NCBI RefSeq assembly: GCF_036365525.1
Contig: NC_090421.1
Location: 868,001 to 932,000 of the forward strand
Reading direction: 5' to 3'
Length of the DNA stretch: 64,000 nt
From: Heterodontus francisci
Taxonomy: Eukaryota
The notes under the pieces: generated by a model
The model's database searches: none
Seen by the model: only the letters and a program-made list of their open reading frames with translations
Told to the model about the DNA's origin: nothing
Made by a program: the position numbers and the translations under genes
Shown: positions 1-12,164 of the stretch, in pieces
Layout: every line of letters begins with the position of its first letter
How positions within the stretch are numbered: the stretch's first letter is position 1

Positions 1-60
1 TTTACAGCATAGCTGCAGGTTGTTTATCTCATCATATCTGTGCCAGTTCTTTCATACCGC

Positions 61-610
61 GACTGCCCCGCTCTCTCCCCATAGCCCTGTATCGAACCCC
101 AAACCAATCCCACTGCCCCGCTCTCTCCCCATGTCCCTGTATCGATCCCCAAACTAATCCCACTGCTCCGCTCTCTCCCCATAGCCCTGTATTGAACCCC
201 AAACCAATCCCACTGCCCCGCTCTCTCCCCATGTCCCTGTATCAATCCCCAAACTAATCCCACTGCTCCGCTCTCTCCCCATGTCCCTGTATCAATCCCC
301 AAACTAATGCCACTGCCCCGCTCTCTCCCCATTGTCCTGTATCAATCCCCAAACTAATCCCACTGCCCCGCTCTCTCCCCATAGCCCTGTATCAATCCCC
401 AAAATAATCCCACTGCCCCGCTCTCTCCCCATAGCCCTGTATCGATCCCCAAACCAATCCCACTGCCCCGCTCTCTCCCCATGTCCCTGTATCAATCCCC
501 AAACTAATCCCACTGCTCCGCTCTCTCCCCATGTCCCTGTATCAATCCCCAAACTAATGCCACTGCCCCGCTCTCTCCCCATTGTCCTGTATCAATCCCA
601 AACTAATGGC
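61..610. repeat. 50-bp minisatellite (~11 copies) derived from a CR1 LINE 3' end
   Basis: Unit cactgccccgctctctccccatagccctgtatcaatccccaaactaatcc recurs every 50 nt; 1-60 resembles a minus-strand CR1 3' terminus. Confidence 0.9.
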
Positions 611-759
611 ACTGGTCCACTCTAATATCTCCCCAGGTTTCCCATAAAGATGTAATGGTCTCTGTCTGTATCAACCGCTCCCTCTCCTTGTTAGCATCAT
701 GTTTTAATTGCACTGGACCCTGCCTATCTACACTCAGCTGGCAGGGTCAGGTATGTTGT

Positions 760-950
760 GTGCAGTACTAAGGGAATGCTGCACTGTCAGAGGTGCTGCC
801 TTTTGGGTGAGTCCTTAAGCCAAGGTCCTGTCTGCCTTCTGGTGTAAAGGTAAAAGATCCCATGACACTAGCCGAAGAGGTCATTGGCGCTAAAGTGCTT
901 CGGGATGCTCTGAGGTCGTGAAGGGCGCGATATAAATGCGATTCTTTTGG
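760..950 (+). mobile_element. Deu-domain SINE fragment (SacSINE1/AmnSINE1-like)
   Basis: gtgcagtactaagggaatgctgcactgtcagaggtgc...aaaagatcccatgacacta...gaagggcgcgatataaatgc resembles the DeuSINE core and tail. Confidence 0.7.
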
Positions 951-1429
951 TGCCGGGTCTCCATTTAGGCCCAGTGTTCGGCAAACGGAAAAGAAAAGAA
1001 GAGAACAGTTTCCGACTTCAGCAATTCAGAGCTGCAGCTGAATTTGGCTGGCTGTTTTTTAGCGTCGGTTTCTCAAGGTCAGTCCACTGGTAAAAGTGTC
1101 TGAGAAAAGTGGGGGCGGGGAGAGGTGATGAAAACCCTTTTAACACTGATAAGCAGGACCACAGGAACACATCAAAGTCTCATTTTCAAATGAGTGGCAC
1201 CTGTTCTGTAAATTATACACTTTATACTTTGTATATGCTGAAGGTCATGGTAATGGAGTCAGCCGGGAATGAGGCACAGTCCACAGTTTGTAGAGTCATC
1301 ATTAATATAAAAGCATAGAAAATTTACAGCACAAAAGGTGGCCATTCGGCCCATCTTCTCTGTGCCAGTCGACAAGGAGCCCTTCGACCTAATCCCACTT
1401 TCAAGCTCACTGCCCTTGTGTTTTGTTGA

Positions 1430-2338
1430 ATGACAATTTTCTTTGGTCCGCTGGCTGGGATCTGTGTTTGTATTTTTAACAAAGACAAGCCGCCAGCAAA
1501 GTCATCTTTTCAGCTTAAGATGATCACCTAATTTGCAGCACTGAATCCTACATTGCAAAGGACCGTGAGGAGAGGGACAAAATGTCTGCTCATTCCCCAG
1601 CAAGAACCAAGACCCAGGATGTTTAAAGGAACTGCTTGTTCTTGTTCTTTTAGCAAGTAGAGAAATACTACTGACTGCTATGTTTGAATCACCGACTGAC
1701 TGTCAGGTGACAAGCTCCTCCCCATCTGTGATTTTTAAGCTGGTGTTGTTCTCTGCAGCAGAGGGAAAGTAACTGGACTCTGAGATGAGCACAGCCTAAG
1801 TGAAAGTCTCTCCATTCCATCTTGAAAGCTTTCAAATCCTGCTTGTTGACGGGACCACCTTTGCCTACTCCGGCGACAATCAGAAATCCCGTCGGAGGAG
1901 ATCATCCACATTGCTGTCCCCAAAGAGACTCACCAAGCCATTCATCTACCTCTTTAAACTAATAGCCTCAGGACCACTGAATTCTGCTAAAGCCAGCCGA
2001 CTCACCAAACTCCACAGACTGTATACCTTTCTTTATGGACTCTAGCTAACACAATTTATCTTTCCCCATGCTGTAACCTATTTATGTGTGTGTGTGTGTG
2101 TGTATGTGCATGTGTGAGAGTGCAAGTTTGGTTGAGGTACAATAAAATTAACCTCTTTCTTTGTTAACTCAAGAAAACCTGTCCGATTGGTTCTGGTTAT
2201 GATCATAGCAAGTAAGAAGTCAAACACTTACTGGATTGGCCAGTACATCCACATTAAGAAAGAATTAAACCTGTTGTGGTCAAACAAGGAGAGGGCAAAG
2301 AGGGAAGCCCTTTGACCCCTCCTCACTTGACCATAACA
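1430..2338 (+). mobile_element. Probable solo LTR inserted into a CR1 3' fragment
   Basis: Ends in ...cataaca with AATAAA near 2141; CR1-like sequence at 1310-1410 resumes at 2340; left edge uncertain. Confidence 0.4.
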
Positions 2339-2807
2339 TAGTGAATTCCAGACCCCCACTGCCCTCTGGGTGAAAAACATTCTCAACTCCCCTGTTGTCC
2401 TGTGCCAATCACTTTAAATCTATGCCCCCCCACCCCCCCGGTTATTGATCTCTCTGCTAGGGGAGATAAATCGTTCCTATCCATTCTATGTTTTTTTATT
2501 CATTCATGGGATGTGGGCATTGCTGGCAAGTCCAGCATTCATTGCCCATCCCTAATTGCCCCTTGAGAAGGAGCTGCTTGCTTGAACCACTGCAGTCCGT
2601 GTGGCGTAGCTGCACCCACAGTGCTGTTAGGAAGGGAGTTCCAGGATTTTGACCCAGCGACGATGGAAGAACGGCGATAGAGTTGCAAGTCAGGGTGGTG
2701 TGTGGCTTGGAGGGGAACTTGCAGGTGGCGGTGTTTGCTCTTTGAGGTGGTAAGAGGACGTGGGTTTGGAAGATGCTGGCAATTTATTTAATTAGAATAT
2801 TATAGTC

Positions 2808-3100
2808 TTTGGGCGTTCTTATCTCGAGAGACAATGGGTAAGCCTCCTGGAGGTGGTCAGTGGTTTGTGAAGCAGCGCCTGGAGTGGCTATAAAGGCCAA
2901 TTCTAGAGTGACAGGCTCTTTCACAGGTGCTGCAGAGAAATTTGTTTGTCGGGGCTGTTACACAGTTAGCTCTCCCCTTGCGCTTCTGTCTTTTTTCCTG
3001 CCCAACTGCTAAGTCTCTTCGACTCGCCACGCTTTAGCCCCGCCTTTATGGCTGCCCGCCAGCTCTGGCGAACGCTGGCAACTGACTCCCATGACTTGTT
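2808..3100 (-). mobile_element. RTE-clade LINE 3' fragment
   Basis: Minus strand reads KSWESVASVRQSWRAAIK and, after a frameshift, CSTCERACHSRIGLYSH, a typical RTE ORF C-terminal zinc motif. Confidence 0.8.
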
Positions 3101-3228
3101 ATAACTGCAACGGTAAATTATCCTGAATGTGCTATTAAAAGATTTCTTTTCATCACGAGTATCGATAGCTGAGAAAATTGTCTCAATTTTATGCATCTTA
3201 AGTTAAAGTTTGTTTTATAGATGAGTTT

Positions 3229-4294
3229 TTTTACGACCAGGTGAGAAAGGTGTCTCGGGGTCTTTTACTGTCTTCACCTGGTCTTATTGTAACAGAGTTT
3301 AATTTTTAAGCACACTGTGTTTTGAACTCTCCCTTTGTGAATCCCTGTTCACCACTTTCCAATTATAAGGCAAAGAAATTAGCATAAACAGGCTTTTTTA
3401 GGTTTAAAGAAGAAAAGTGAAATTTATTAAACCTTAAACTTAAACTCTAATACGGTTAACACCTACGGATACATGCCGCACCCCAAGCTAGCATGCATAC
3501 GCGATACGCGCATGCAATAGGGACAGAAAAAAGCAGAAGAAAAGTAAAATGGAGAGGATGAGGTAATATCAGAAGAGTTTCTTGTTTACTGTGCTTCGAG
3601 CTCACTGTAGTCCTTTTGTAAGTAGTCTTGCTTTTTGTTGGGGCCCAGTATTCTTCTTAAACCTTGTTCAGTGTAGGAGACTTTTCTCTCTTGGGCTTCA
3701 TGCGTCTTCAATGGTTTCTGAAACTAGTGAGAGTGAGATGAGAGCAGACAGGAGAGAGGTGTTCTCAGTGCAAGAGAAAACAGCTTTCTGATTTCAAATA
3801 AAAGCAAAATACTGCAGATGCTGGAAATCTGAAATAAAAACAAGAAATGCTGGAAATATTCAGCGGGTCTGGCAGCATCAAGGAGTTCTGAGGAAGGATC
3901 ACTGACCTGTAATGTTAACTCTGCTTCTCTCTCCACAGATGCTGCCAGACCTGCTGAGTATTTCCAGCATTTCTTGTTTTTATTTCAGATTCCCAGCATC
4001 TGCAGTATTTTGCTTTTATTTATGTCTGTTTGTGGATTCGGCCATTGAGGTAGTTAACCTGGAATGCGTCTGGTAATCGAAAGTCCATTGTGGATTAAAT
4101 TGGAGCAGGGAATAGCTCCTTTTTCCTTTGAAGTACTTGTCTGTTGATATGCAAATGTCTCTCTCCAGCCAAAGTCTCCAATTGTGTTTTTTAAAGCAAG
4201 CTTTTCCTTCACCAACAATAGTTCAAAATCAATGTTCATGTGGCGAGATTAATATTCCTCATTCTTGGCAGGCGAGGAGGGGGCTTGCCTGACA
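3229..4294. mobile_element. Probable solo LTR carrying a nested hairpin insertion
   Basis: Non-coding ~1 kb block ending in ...cctgaca, interrupted by the inverted-repeat element at 3796-4021; left end degraded. Confidence 0.4.
3796..4021. mobile_element. Penelope-like pseudo-LTR remnant with ~84-bp inverted repeats and a degenerate hammerhead motif
   Basis: 3796-3879 is nearly the reverse complement of 3938-4021; spacer contains gagtt-ctgagga-a-ggatc-act-gacct-gtaat-gtt-aactc. Confidence 0.65.
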
Positions 4295-4444
4295 AGTTAT
4301 TGACAAAATTATAGTTTAAAAAAAAAAGTCAAAAAGCCCGATAATTCAGCTAGGTCTGTTTTAATTTTGATTTTTTTTTTCTTGTTTGATAACATGAATG
4401 CAACGCATGAATTCTATTTATTATTGTGTGCAGAATTTGCATCC

Positions 4445-4865
4445 TACCGGGTTGGAGAAGCTGGGGTTGTTCTCCCTGGAGCGAAGGAGATTGAGGGGGG
4501 AGATTTGGTAGAGGTGTACAAGATTATGACAGGTTTAGATAAGGTAGACGAGGAAAAGCTGTTCCCATTAGCTGATGGTACAAGGACTGTGGAGGGGGGG
4601 GGACACAGATTGCAGATTTTGGGCGAGAGATGATGGGGGGGGTGGCACGGGGAATGGGAGGAAGATCTTTCTTTACGCGGCGAGTGCTAATGAGCTGGAA
4701 CTCGCTGCCCCACGAGGAGGGTGGAAGCGGAGGCGATGAATGATTTCAAAGGGAAATTGGACGGGCGCTCGAGGGAAATAGACTGGCAGGGCTACGGGGG
4801 ATAGAGCCGGGGGGAGTGGGAATGAGAGCTGGCATGGGCTCAATGGGCCGAATGGACTCTATGTC
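4445..4865 (+). mobile_element. CR1 LINE 3' fragment
   Basis: Encodes GGDLVEVYKIMTGLDKVDEEKLFPL followed by a CR1-type 3' UTR (atgggccgaatgg). Confidence 0.85.
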
Positions 4866-5024
4866 TCCACCAGAGACACATGGCAATTGGCCAAGCATTT
4901 GGTTGCGGCTCCCAATGGCTTTTACTTGGTGCAAAGTGTTTCAGGGAGGGCTGTTCAGGTGAGAGAAGCTTCCCACCTCAGCTTGATGGACGTGAGTGGT
5001 GGTGGGTGGTGGTGGGGCGGGGGA

Positions 5025-5400
5025 AAGCCAGTGGGAGAGCGGGCGGATCGGCACCGACCAATGGGAGAGCGGGGGTGCCCCGGGGTTGCCCATTGGGAGA
5101 ACGGGGTGGGGCTCGGCTCCTACCAATGGGAGAGCGGGGCATTTCGGCGCTGGCCAATGGGAGAGCGGGGAGCTCGGCCCTGACCAATGGGAGAGCGGGG
5201 AGCTCGCGCTGACCAATGGGAGAGCGGGGGGACTCGGCACTGACCAATAGGAAAGCGGGGCAATCGGCGCTGGCCAATGGGAGAGTGGGGGCGGAACGTC
5301 AGTTGCCGTAGTGACGGTTAAGCCCCGCCCCTGGCTCTTAGGCTCCGCCCCCCCCCCGGTGACCGGCGCCTGCGCGGTTAGACTTCTCTCCCCCTCCGTC
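5025..5400 (+). promoter_or_regulatory. cs: cs CpG-rich promoter: tandem CCAAT boxes, GC boxes, RFX X-box-like site, NRF1 site
   Basis: CCAAT at 5058, 5123, 5154, 5184, 5213, 5244, 5274 and ATTGG at 5092; GTTGCCGTAGTGAC 5302-5315; GCGCCTGCGC 5366-5375; directly upstream of the ATG at 5433. Confidence 0.75.
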
Positions 5401-5432
5401 GAGAGAGACCTTTCAACCTTGTGGCCGGAGAC

Positions 5433-5486
5433 ATGTCTCTGCTGGGAGCTCAGAGAATGGCTGGCAGGCTGCTGAGGAGCAACAAG
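5433..5486 (+). CDS. cs: Citrate synthase, mitochondrial, exon 1 (presequence)
   Basis: MSLLGAQRMAGRLLRSNK then AAG/GTGAGA donor; Arg-rich and free of acidic residues; same phase as vertebrate CS exon 1. Confidence 0.88.
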
Positions 5487-5629
5487 GTGAGACAGGGTGG
5501 GTGGTGGTGGGGAATGGGAGATCTCGGGCCGGGCCGGCGGAGCGGAGGGGACGAGGCGAGGCAGCGGCCAGGCTTCAGCCCGCCGAGCTAGGCCGCAGCC
5601 GCCTGGTTGCTAGGGAGCTGCCGCACCTG

Positions 5630-6990
5630 GCCAGGGGGAGGGGGATGGAGGTGATTGGGGATGGGGGAAGGATGGTGGACGAAGGTGGGGAGGGGGAGGA
5701 TGGAGGAGGGAGGTGGGGTGGAGNNNNNNNNNNNNNNNNNNNNNNNNNNNNNNNNNNNNNNNNNNNNNNNNNNNNNNNNNNNNNNNNNNNNNNNNNNNNN
5801 NNNNNNNNNNNNNNNNNNNNNNNNNNNNNNNNNNNNNNNNNNNNNNNNNNNNNNNNNNNNNNNNNNNNNNNNNNNNNNNNNNNNNNNNNNNNNNNNNNNN
5901 NNNNNNNNNNNNNNNNNNNNNNNNNNNNNNNNNNNNNNNNNNNNNNNNNNNNNNNNNNNNNNNNNNNNNNNNNNNNNNNNNNNNNNNNNNNNNNNNNNNN
6001 NNNNNNNNNNNNNNNNNNNNNNNNNNNNNNNNNNNNNNNNNNNNNNNNNNNNNNNNNNNNNNNNNNNNNNNNNNNNNNNNNNNNNNNNNNNNNNNNNNNN
6101 NNNNNNNNNNNNNNNNNNNNNNNNNNNNNNNNNNNNNNNNNNNNNNNNNNNNNNNNNNNNNNNNNNNNNNNNNNNNNNNNNNNNNNNNNNNNNNNNNNNN
6201 NNNNNNNNNNNNNNNNNNNNNNNNNNNNNNNNNNNNNNNNNNNNNNNNNNNNNNNNNNNNNNNNNNNNNNNNNNNNNNNNNNNNNNNATGGAGGAGGGTG
6301 GGTGGGGGTGGATGGAGGAGGCAGGTGGGGTGGAGGAGGGGGAGGATGGAGGAGGAAGGTGGGGTGGAGGAGGGGGAGGATGGAGGAGGAAGGTGGGGTG
6401 GAGGAGGGGGAGGATGGAGGAGGCAGGTGGGGAGGGTGGGTGGGGGTGGATGGAGGAGGCAGGTGGGGAGGGGGAGGATGGAGGAGGCAGGTGGGGAGGG
6501 GGAGGGGGCGGAGGAGGGGAAGGTGAGGTGGCGGAGGAGGAGAAGGTGGGGCGGCGGAGGAGGAGAAGGTGGGGCGGGGGAGGATGGAGGAGGGTGGGGT
6601 GGAGGAGGGGGAGGATGGAGGAGGGTGGGTGGGGGTGGATGGAGGAGGAGGGTGAGGGGGGGTGGAGGAGGGGGTGGGGGAGGGTGGACGAAGGTGGTGA
6701 GGAGGAGGGTGGATGGAGGAGGAGGGTGAGGGGGGGTGGGGGAGGGTGGACGAAGGTGGTGAGGAGGAGGGTGGGTGGAGGAGGGTGGGGGGTGGATGGA
6801 GGAGGCAGGTGGGGAGGGTGAGGTGGTGGAGGGAGGTGAGGTGGGGGGTGGATGGAGGACGAGGGTGGGGGGAGGATAGCGGTGTGGGGCGGAGGAGGGG
6901 GATGGCGGAGGGGGAAGGAGGAGGGTGGGGTGGGGAGGAGGAGGGCGGGGTGGGGAGGAGGAGGGCGGAGGAAGGTGGTGAGGGGGTTAT
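5630..6990 (+). repeat. G/A-rich low-complexity repeat in cs intron 1 (includes N-gap 5724-6287)
   Basis: Runs of ggaggagg and ggtgggg with almost no C. Confidence 0.9.
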
Positions 6991-7952
6991 TAACACCCCC
7001 CCCCCCCCCCCCCCCCCAATTCCTCCTATACTCTGCGGTTTTAATATTTTTCCCTCTGACTGTCTCCAGGTTGTTTATTTAAGGCTCCTATTAAGTTGTG
7101 GAAAGGTAATGGGTGCCCGCCCCTCGGGATTTATATGACTGCCTGTCTTCGATTTCAGGAAGCATTGAGTGCGGTCCAAGTTGGGAAAGTTGAGTGGGTG
7201 GGGCCCTTTGCTACTCCCCTGTTGTCGAGGAGGCGGGAGTCATCCGAGAATGCCTCCTTCCTGCCCTCCTAGTTGGGGAGATACCACTAGAAGGTATATG
7301 GAGAAGACGGTGGGGAAATGGAGATTCATTCTGTCAACTTGATTGTGCAGGGGTTTCAGCTTTTAAAATCAGCTTCTGTTTAAATAGATTATTCTTACCC
7401 AAACGGTAAATAGTGGTTGGCTAAGGTGGTGTACACATCCACGGCTGAATGGAGATTGATTCAAGCTTGGCATCAGGTTCAGATATGGGACAGCGTTATA
7501 CTTAGACGTCCACTGAACTGCACCCTAAACCCGCCCTCAGTAATTCTTTTAGAATGATGGAGTCCAGATGCGAAACGCTCTTCAGGTTATTTTTGGTGTA
7601 AGCTGTTTTAAAACTGTTAAGAGTGTAATTATTTATTGTGTTGATCTTTAGTAAAACATCCTTCTATGTCGACCCTTTTGAGCCCCTTCATTATCTTAAG
7701 GGCCTGGTCACCCCTCAGCCCGCTCAGCCTTTCCTGATAAATAAATCCTCTCAGTTCTGCCTTGTGAGTCTTTTTATTGAATCTTGGCCAATACCTCTAT
7801 CCCTTTCATAAAATGGAGGGGAGAATTCAGCAGAGTACGCTGTGCAGCAGTTCAGGTAGTTCCACGACCGCGCCCGACACCATCATCCTGGCATCCCAAG
7901 AACAGATGAAAATAAAGGCAGTTACAGTGAGCCCATGAGGTACAGTTTTTTT

Positions 7953-8293
7953 TTAGATTAGAGATACAGCACTGAAACAGGCCCTTAGGCCCACCGGGTC
8001 TGTGCCGACCATCAACCACCCATTTATACTAATCCTACACTAATCCCATATTCCTACCAAACATCCCCACCTGTCCCTATATTTCCCTACCACCTGCCTA
8101 TACTAGTGACAATTTATAATGGCCAATCTACCTATCAACCTGCAAGTCTTTTGGCTTGTGGGAGGAAACCGGAGCACCCGGAGAAAACCCACGCAGACAC
8201 AGGGAGAACTTGCAAACTCCACACAGGCCGTACCCAGAATCGAACCCGAGTCCCTGGAGCTGTGAGGCTGCAGTGCTAGCCACTGTGCCGCCC
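7953..8293 (-). mobile_element. V-SINE (HE1-like), near full length
   Basis: Minus strand has a tRNA-derived head (GGCGGCACAGTGG...GGTTCGATTC), the V-domain GTGGGTTTTCTCCGGGTGCTCCGGTTTCCTCCCACA and a CR1-like tail. Confidence 0.88.
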
Positions 8294-11144
8294 AACTATT
8301 TTCTGGCAGTGTGTAGCTTGTGTACCAACGTGTGTTAAAACTCAATCCCAAAAAATAGTTTAAACTCGCTGTAGTCCCATCCAAAAGGCAATGCCGGTTG
8401 GACGAACTTATGTTGCATTCCCTATTTTGTATGAAGTGTTCAGCATTATCAAACCTCAAGTTAAAGATAAGAGTGGAATGGCTGATAAGAATTAACGCTC
8501 CATTAAAAAGGGTGGAAAAATTGGACATTGCTATCTAGGGTTTGGGAATGGCTTTGAGACCTGATCCATTATTTTTTCAGTTTCACATGTTGCCGTGTGT
8601 TGTTTGGCTTGGCATTTACTTGTATGTAGCTGAATGTCATGTTCTAATCAGTATTGTAATCATTTCAAGTGTTTGCCTTTCTACTGAATTGACTGCTACA
8701 GCTGTAGAAAGGATGACAGCTCGATAGATTTATATCTTTCCTGTTATTAGCTTCAGACACTTGGCGTCCTTTAGTGACAGACGTGGACGCTGCCTTCTGG
8801 GGACTGAGGGGGGAGTTCTGGACTGGCGCAGACACGAGTAATCAAGCATTTGAGTTGTCGCAAAGCCAGCTTTATGGAAACAATAGATAGCAAGTGCAGA
8901 TAATGAGGCTTTTACCACTGGAAAGAGACAATTGGTGAGCACGTGGTGGGGTGGGGGGGTGGTTTAAACGGTCTGGTTTTGGTGACTACTTGATCGTTAT
9001 TGCATGTTTGATAATTGATTTGAAGCAGACAAGTCCCATTGCGTTGACAGATTTACTGTTGGGATCTCTGCACCACCACCCCACCCCCGCCCTGTCAGAA
9101 CCATGTTCCGTTCCTGGATTTTTATCCACAACTCTGTTTTGAGATGGCAGTGAAGGTGATGCACGCCTGCAGAGTGAAGGCGAGGGGAATGAAGCCAGGA
9201 TGGTTGGTTGCTTCTGCAGGTTTCCGAATGGCTGGCTCGTGTGCAGCATTGGCAGAGGCGCCTGGGCGCGAGGGTTGGCAGCCCGCCGTTCTCGTGGCAG
9301 ACAGTCTTGCAGTGAGGGTTGGTGAGGGGGAAGATGAGAGAAATAAGGTTTTACCCGCAAGGTTAAACACTAACCCAAGTGCAGATCGCTGAGCTGAAAG
9401 ACCTGCGTCAGTCAGAGCTGATTATATAATCCTGCTGGTGTTGTGCAAATGTTGCCCAGTGTTAGCCTGCAAATCTTATCTTGAGTTTTCAGTTTGTCAC
9501 CTATTATGGTTTCCCGTATCCAGCACCGTTTATCCAACGGAGCTGGACCGACTTAAAGAGAAGTTATTCTGCAATTGGACTTCCATTTGAAGTGTCAGTA
9601 TGAATAACTTTCCGAACCTGCTGTCAGAACTTAATTTCAGAAAAGGAACTGGATGAGGGCTGATGGGCCGTCAGTTTAAGCGCTCTGAAATCCGACATCT
9701 GAACAACAGTTTTCACCTTTTACGTGAAGCATTTTCACTTTTTTTTTTGTGTGGAGGAAGCATAAGGGTTGTGGTCAAAGCCACAGCAGAAGAGAGAGCT
9801 TTTGAGGGGCCTTTTGATTGTGGGAGGCAAGGTTAGGACGTTAACCGTGGGGCATTTTGGTTTAAGGCTTGTGCTTTGATGGAGTGGGAAGAGGAAAATG
9901 CTTAGTGTATGGGAGTTGGAGAGTGAAGCAGTGACCTTGGTATATAGATCGTGGGAATCTGGACAAGGGGTGCACCATGGAACCATCCGACCTCTGTGAA
10001 GATTACACGTGTGCCTACACCGAGCATCGGGTTTCTGACACACTTTGGTGCCGATGGTAGCCTAGACTTAAAAATATGGAATACTTCCTACCTTTAAGGA
10101 AAAATCAGATGCGTGCTGTGAAGTTCTCTAAATAATCCAGCCCTGTGAATGTCCATTTTAGCACCATTATCTGAATTTTAATTTGTGTTTTGGGGCAGGT
10201 CGGTACGCCGAAGTAAGTTCACTGGTGGAATCTGGCACCTTTGGTCAAGTTGTTTCTTTATAACTGATCCTGGCCTCTTGCAAAGTGTTTTGCAAAGGGG
10301 AGAGGAATCTCTGCACGTCAACCATTTCCCCTGCCTTGTTGCTGTAAAGTGTAAAATGGGATGGAATAAGCTGCCTGTCGCTATTAGTCAGCAGCCAAAT
10401 AAGATTTGGATTGTGTGGCATTTACAAATGAGCACATTGCCTCCCTCCTAAATCTATGTGCCTGATTTACAATAACAACCGCCTTAAATGCCAGTGTTCA
10501 GATAAACTGTGGGTTTTTATCATGAGGAGGGCTGCGGTTTGAGGGTCATTAGTTCCCATAAGCTGAGATAATTTTGATTGTTTTCAGTTCCTGTTTTGAA
10601 CCTTCAAATGGACATGAAAAAATAATGCAGTTTTAAAAAAAAAAGTAATGAATTAAAAATTACAGCGCAAAGTGATTTTGATTTGGTGCGAAATTTGAGT
10701 ATTTCAGAAGCAGATTAAAATGGTGTTTGGATCTCTGTGCAGAATGTGCAAACAATTGAGTCTTTTCACTGCAGATGAAGCCTATTTTTGACTTTTGTTA
10801 CAGTAAATATTTAAAAGGGGTAGTGCCTTCAGTTGTGGCCCCGGTAAAAACCATCAGGACAACGTTCTGTTTTTAGCCTGTTAATTCTGAGCAAAGTCTG
10901 GGACTTGGTTCTCACCCAAAGGTTATACTGACACTAGAGAACACATGGCGGTGGGGGAGAGATCGCATTGACTTTCCAGGGCAGCTAGCAAATACTACAG
11001 CGGTGACGGTGCCAAAGGTGAGCAAACTGCGCCTGACTCATTGCAGGATTGCATAAGGCAACTCGTTTAACCTGGAGGAATGAATCAGGCTTGCTTATAG
11101 CCTTAAAGCATGAAGCCTCTATTACCTTGTGTTTATATAGTGCC

Positions 11145-11510
11145 GTAGACAAAGTAAAAAGCCCTGCACAGCAGTGGTATTGCACAAAACGTGACAACCA
11201 GCCCCATAAGGAGATATTCGTGACAGGTGACCCAAAAGCTTGGTCAAAGAGGGAGGTTTTAAGGAGCGTCTTAAAGGAAGAGGCGGAGAGGTTTAGGGAG
11301 GGAATTCCAGAGCTTGGGGCCCAGGCAGCTGAAGGCATGGCTGCCAATGGTGCAGCGATGGAAATCGGAGCGGGGGGATGCTCAAGGGGCCAGAATTAGA
11401 GGAGCACAAAGAGGGCTGGAGGAGATTGGAGTGGTAGGGAAGGGCTGAGGCAGTGGGAGGGGTTTTAAAAACCAGGCTGAGAATTTTACATTTGCGGTGT
11501 TGCGGTTAAA
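11145..11510 (-). mobile_element. L2-type LINE 3' fragment
   Basis: Minus strand contains gccatgccttcagctgcctgggccccaagctctggaattccctccc (AFS..GP.LWNSLP), the L2 ORF2 C-terminal motif. Confidence 0.7.
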
Positions 11511-12164
11511 AATGAGCATCTGGCTGGGATGGGTCTTGTCGCTTTCGTTTCCAGCTGCTGACCACCTCTCGGCATGTCTCGCGTTCTGTACGTGTTCCTT
11601 GTTGGACCATTGAAAGTGCAAACAGATATTTCCAAGGCCATGCTTTTTCTGAAATCTGAAAAGTGTAAGAATAGTTGATGTATTAAGATGAGAAAATTAG
11701 TCTCTGCATTCTGTGCATGCCGAAATCTGCTAAGGAGTAGGCATGGACTGGTGCAATCTGGTGTGGGTTCTGGTTGCCCTTCAGTGCCTCACCCACGTTA
11801 GTGTGTGTAAATTTTGCAGGTGAGTGTCATCGGGCAATTTGATCAACAGGNNNNNNNNNNNNNNNNNNNNNNNNNNNNNNNNNNNNNNNNNNNNNNNNNN
11901 NNNNNNNNNNNNNNNNNNNNNNNNNNNNNNNNNNNNNNNNNNNNNNNNNNNNNNNNNNNNNNNNNNNNNNNNNNNNNNNNNNNNNNNNNNNNNNNNNNNN
12001 NNNNNNNNNNNNNNNNNNNNNNNNNNNNNNNNNNNNNNNNNNNNNNNNNNTCATTTTGAAGCTTGAATAAAGTATATCCAGTGTACACTCCGAACAATTT
12101 CAGTTTTGAATTTGGGTGACTTTCAAGTAATTCAAACTGCTTGTTTTTCTTGCGGGATTTCACA

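Noticed and set aside
5501-7138. Gly/Arg/Trp-rich and Pro-rich ORFs
   Set aside because: They arise from the G-rich repeat plus an N-gap in cs intron 1.
8215-8293. tRNA-like sequence with a B box
   Set aside because: It is the tRNA-derived head of the V-SINE, not a tRNA gene.
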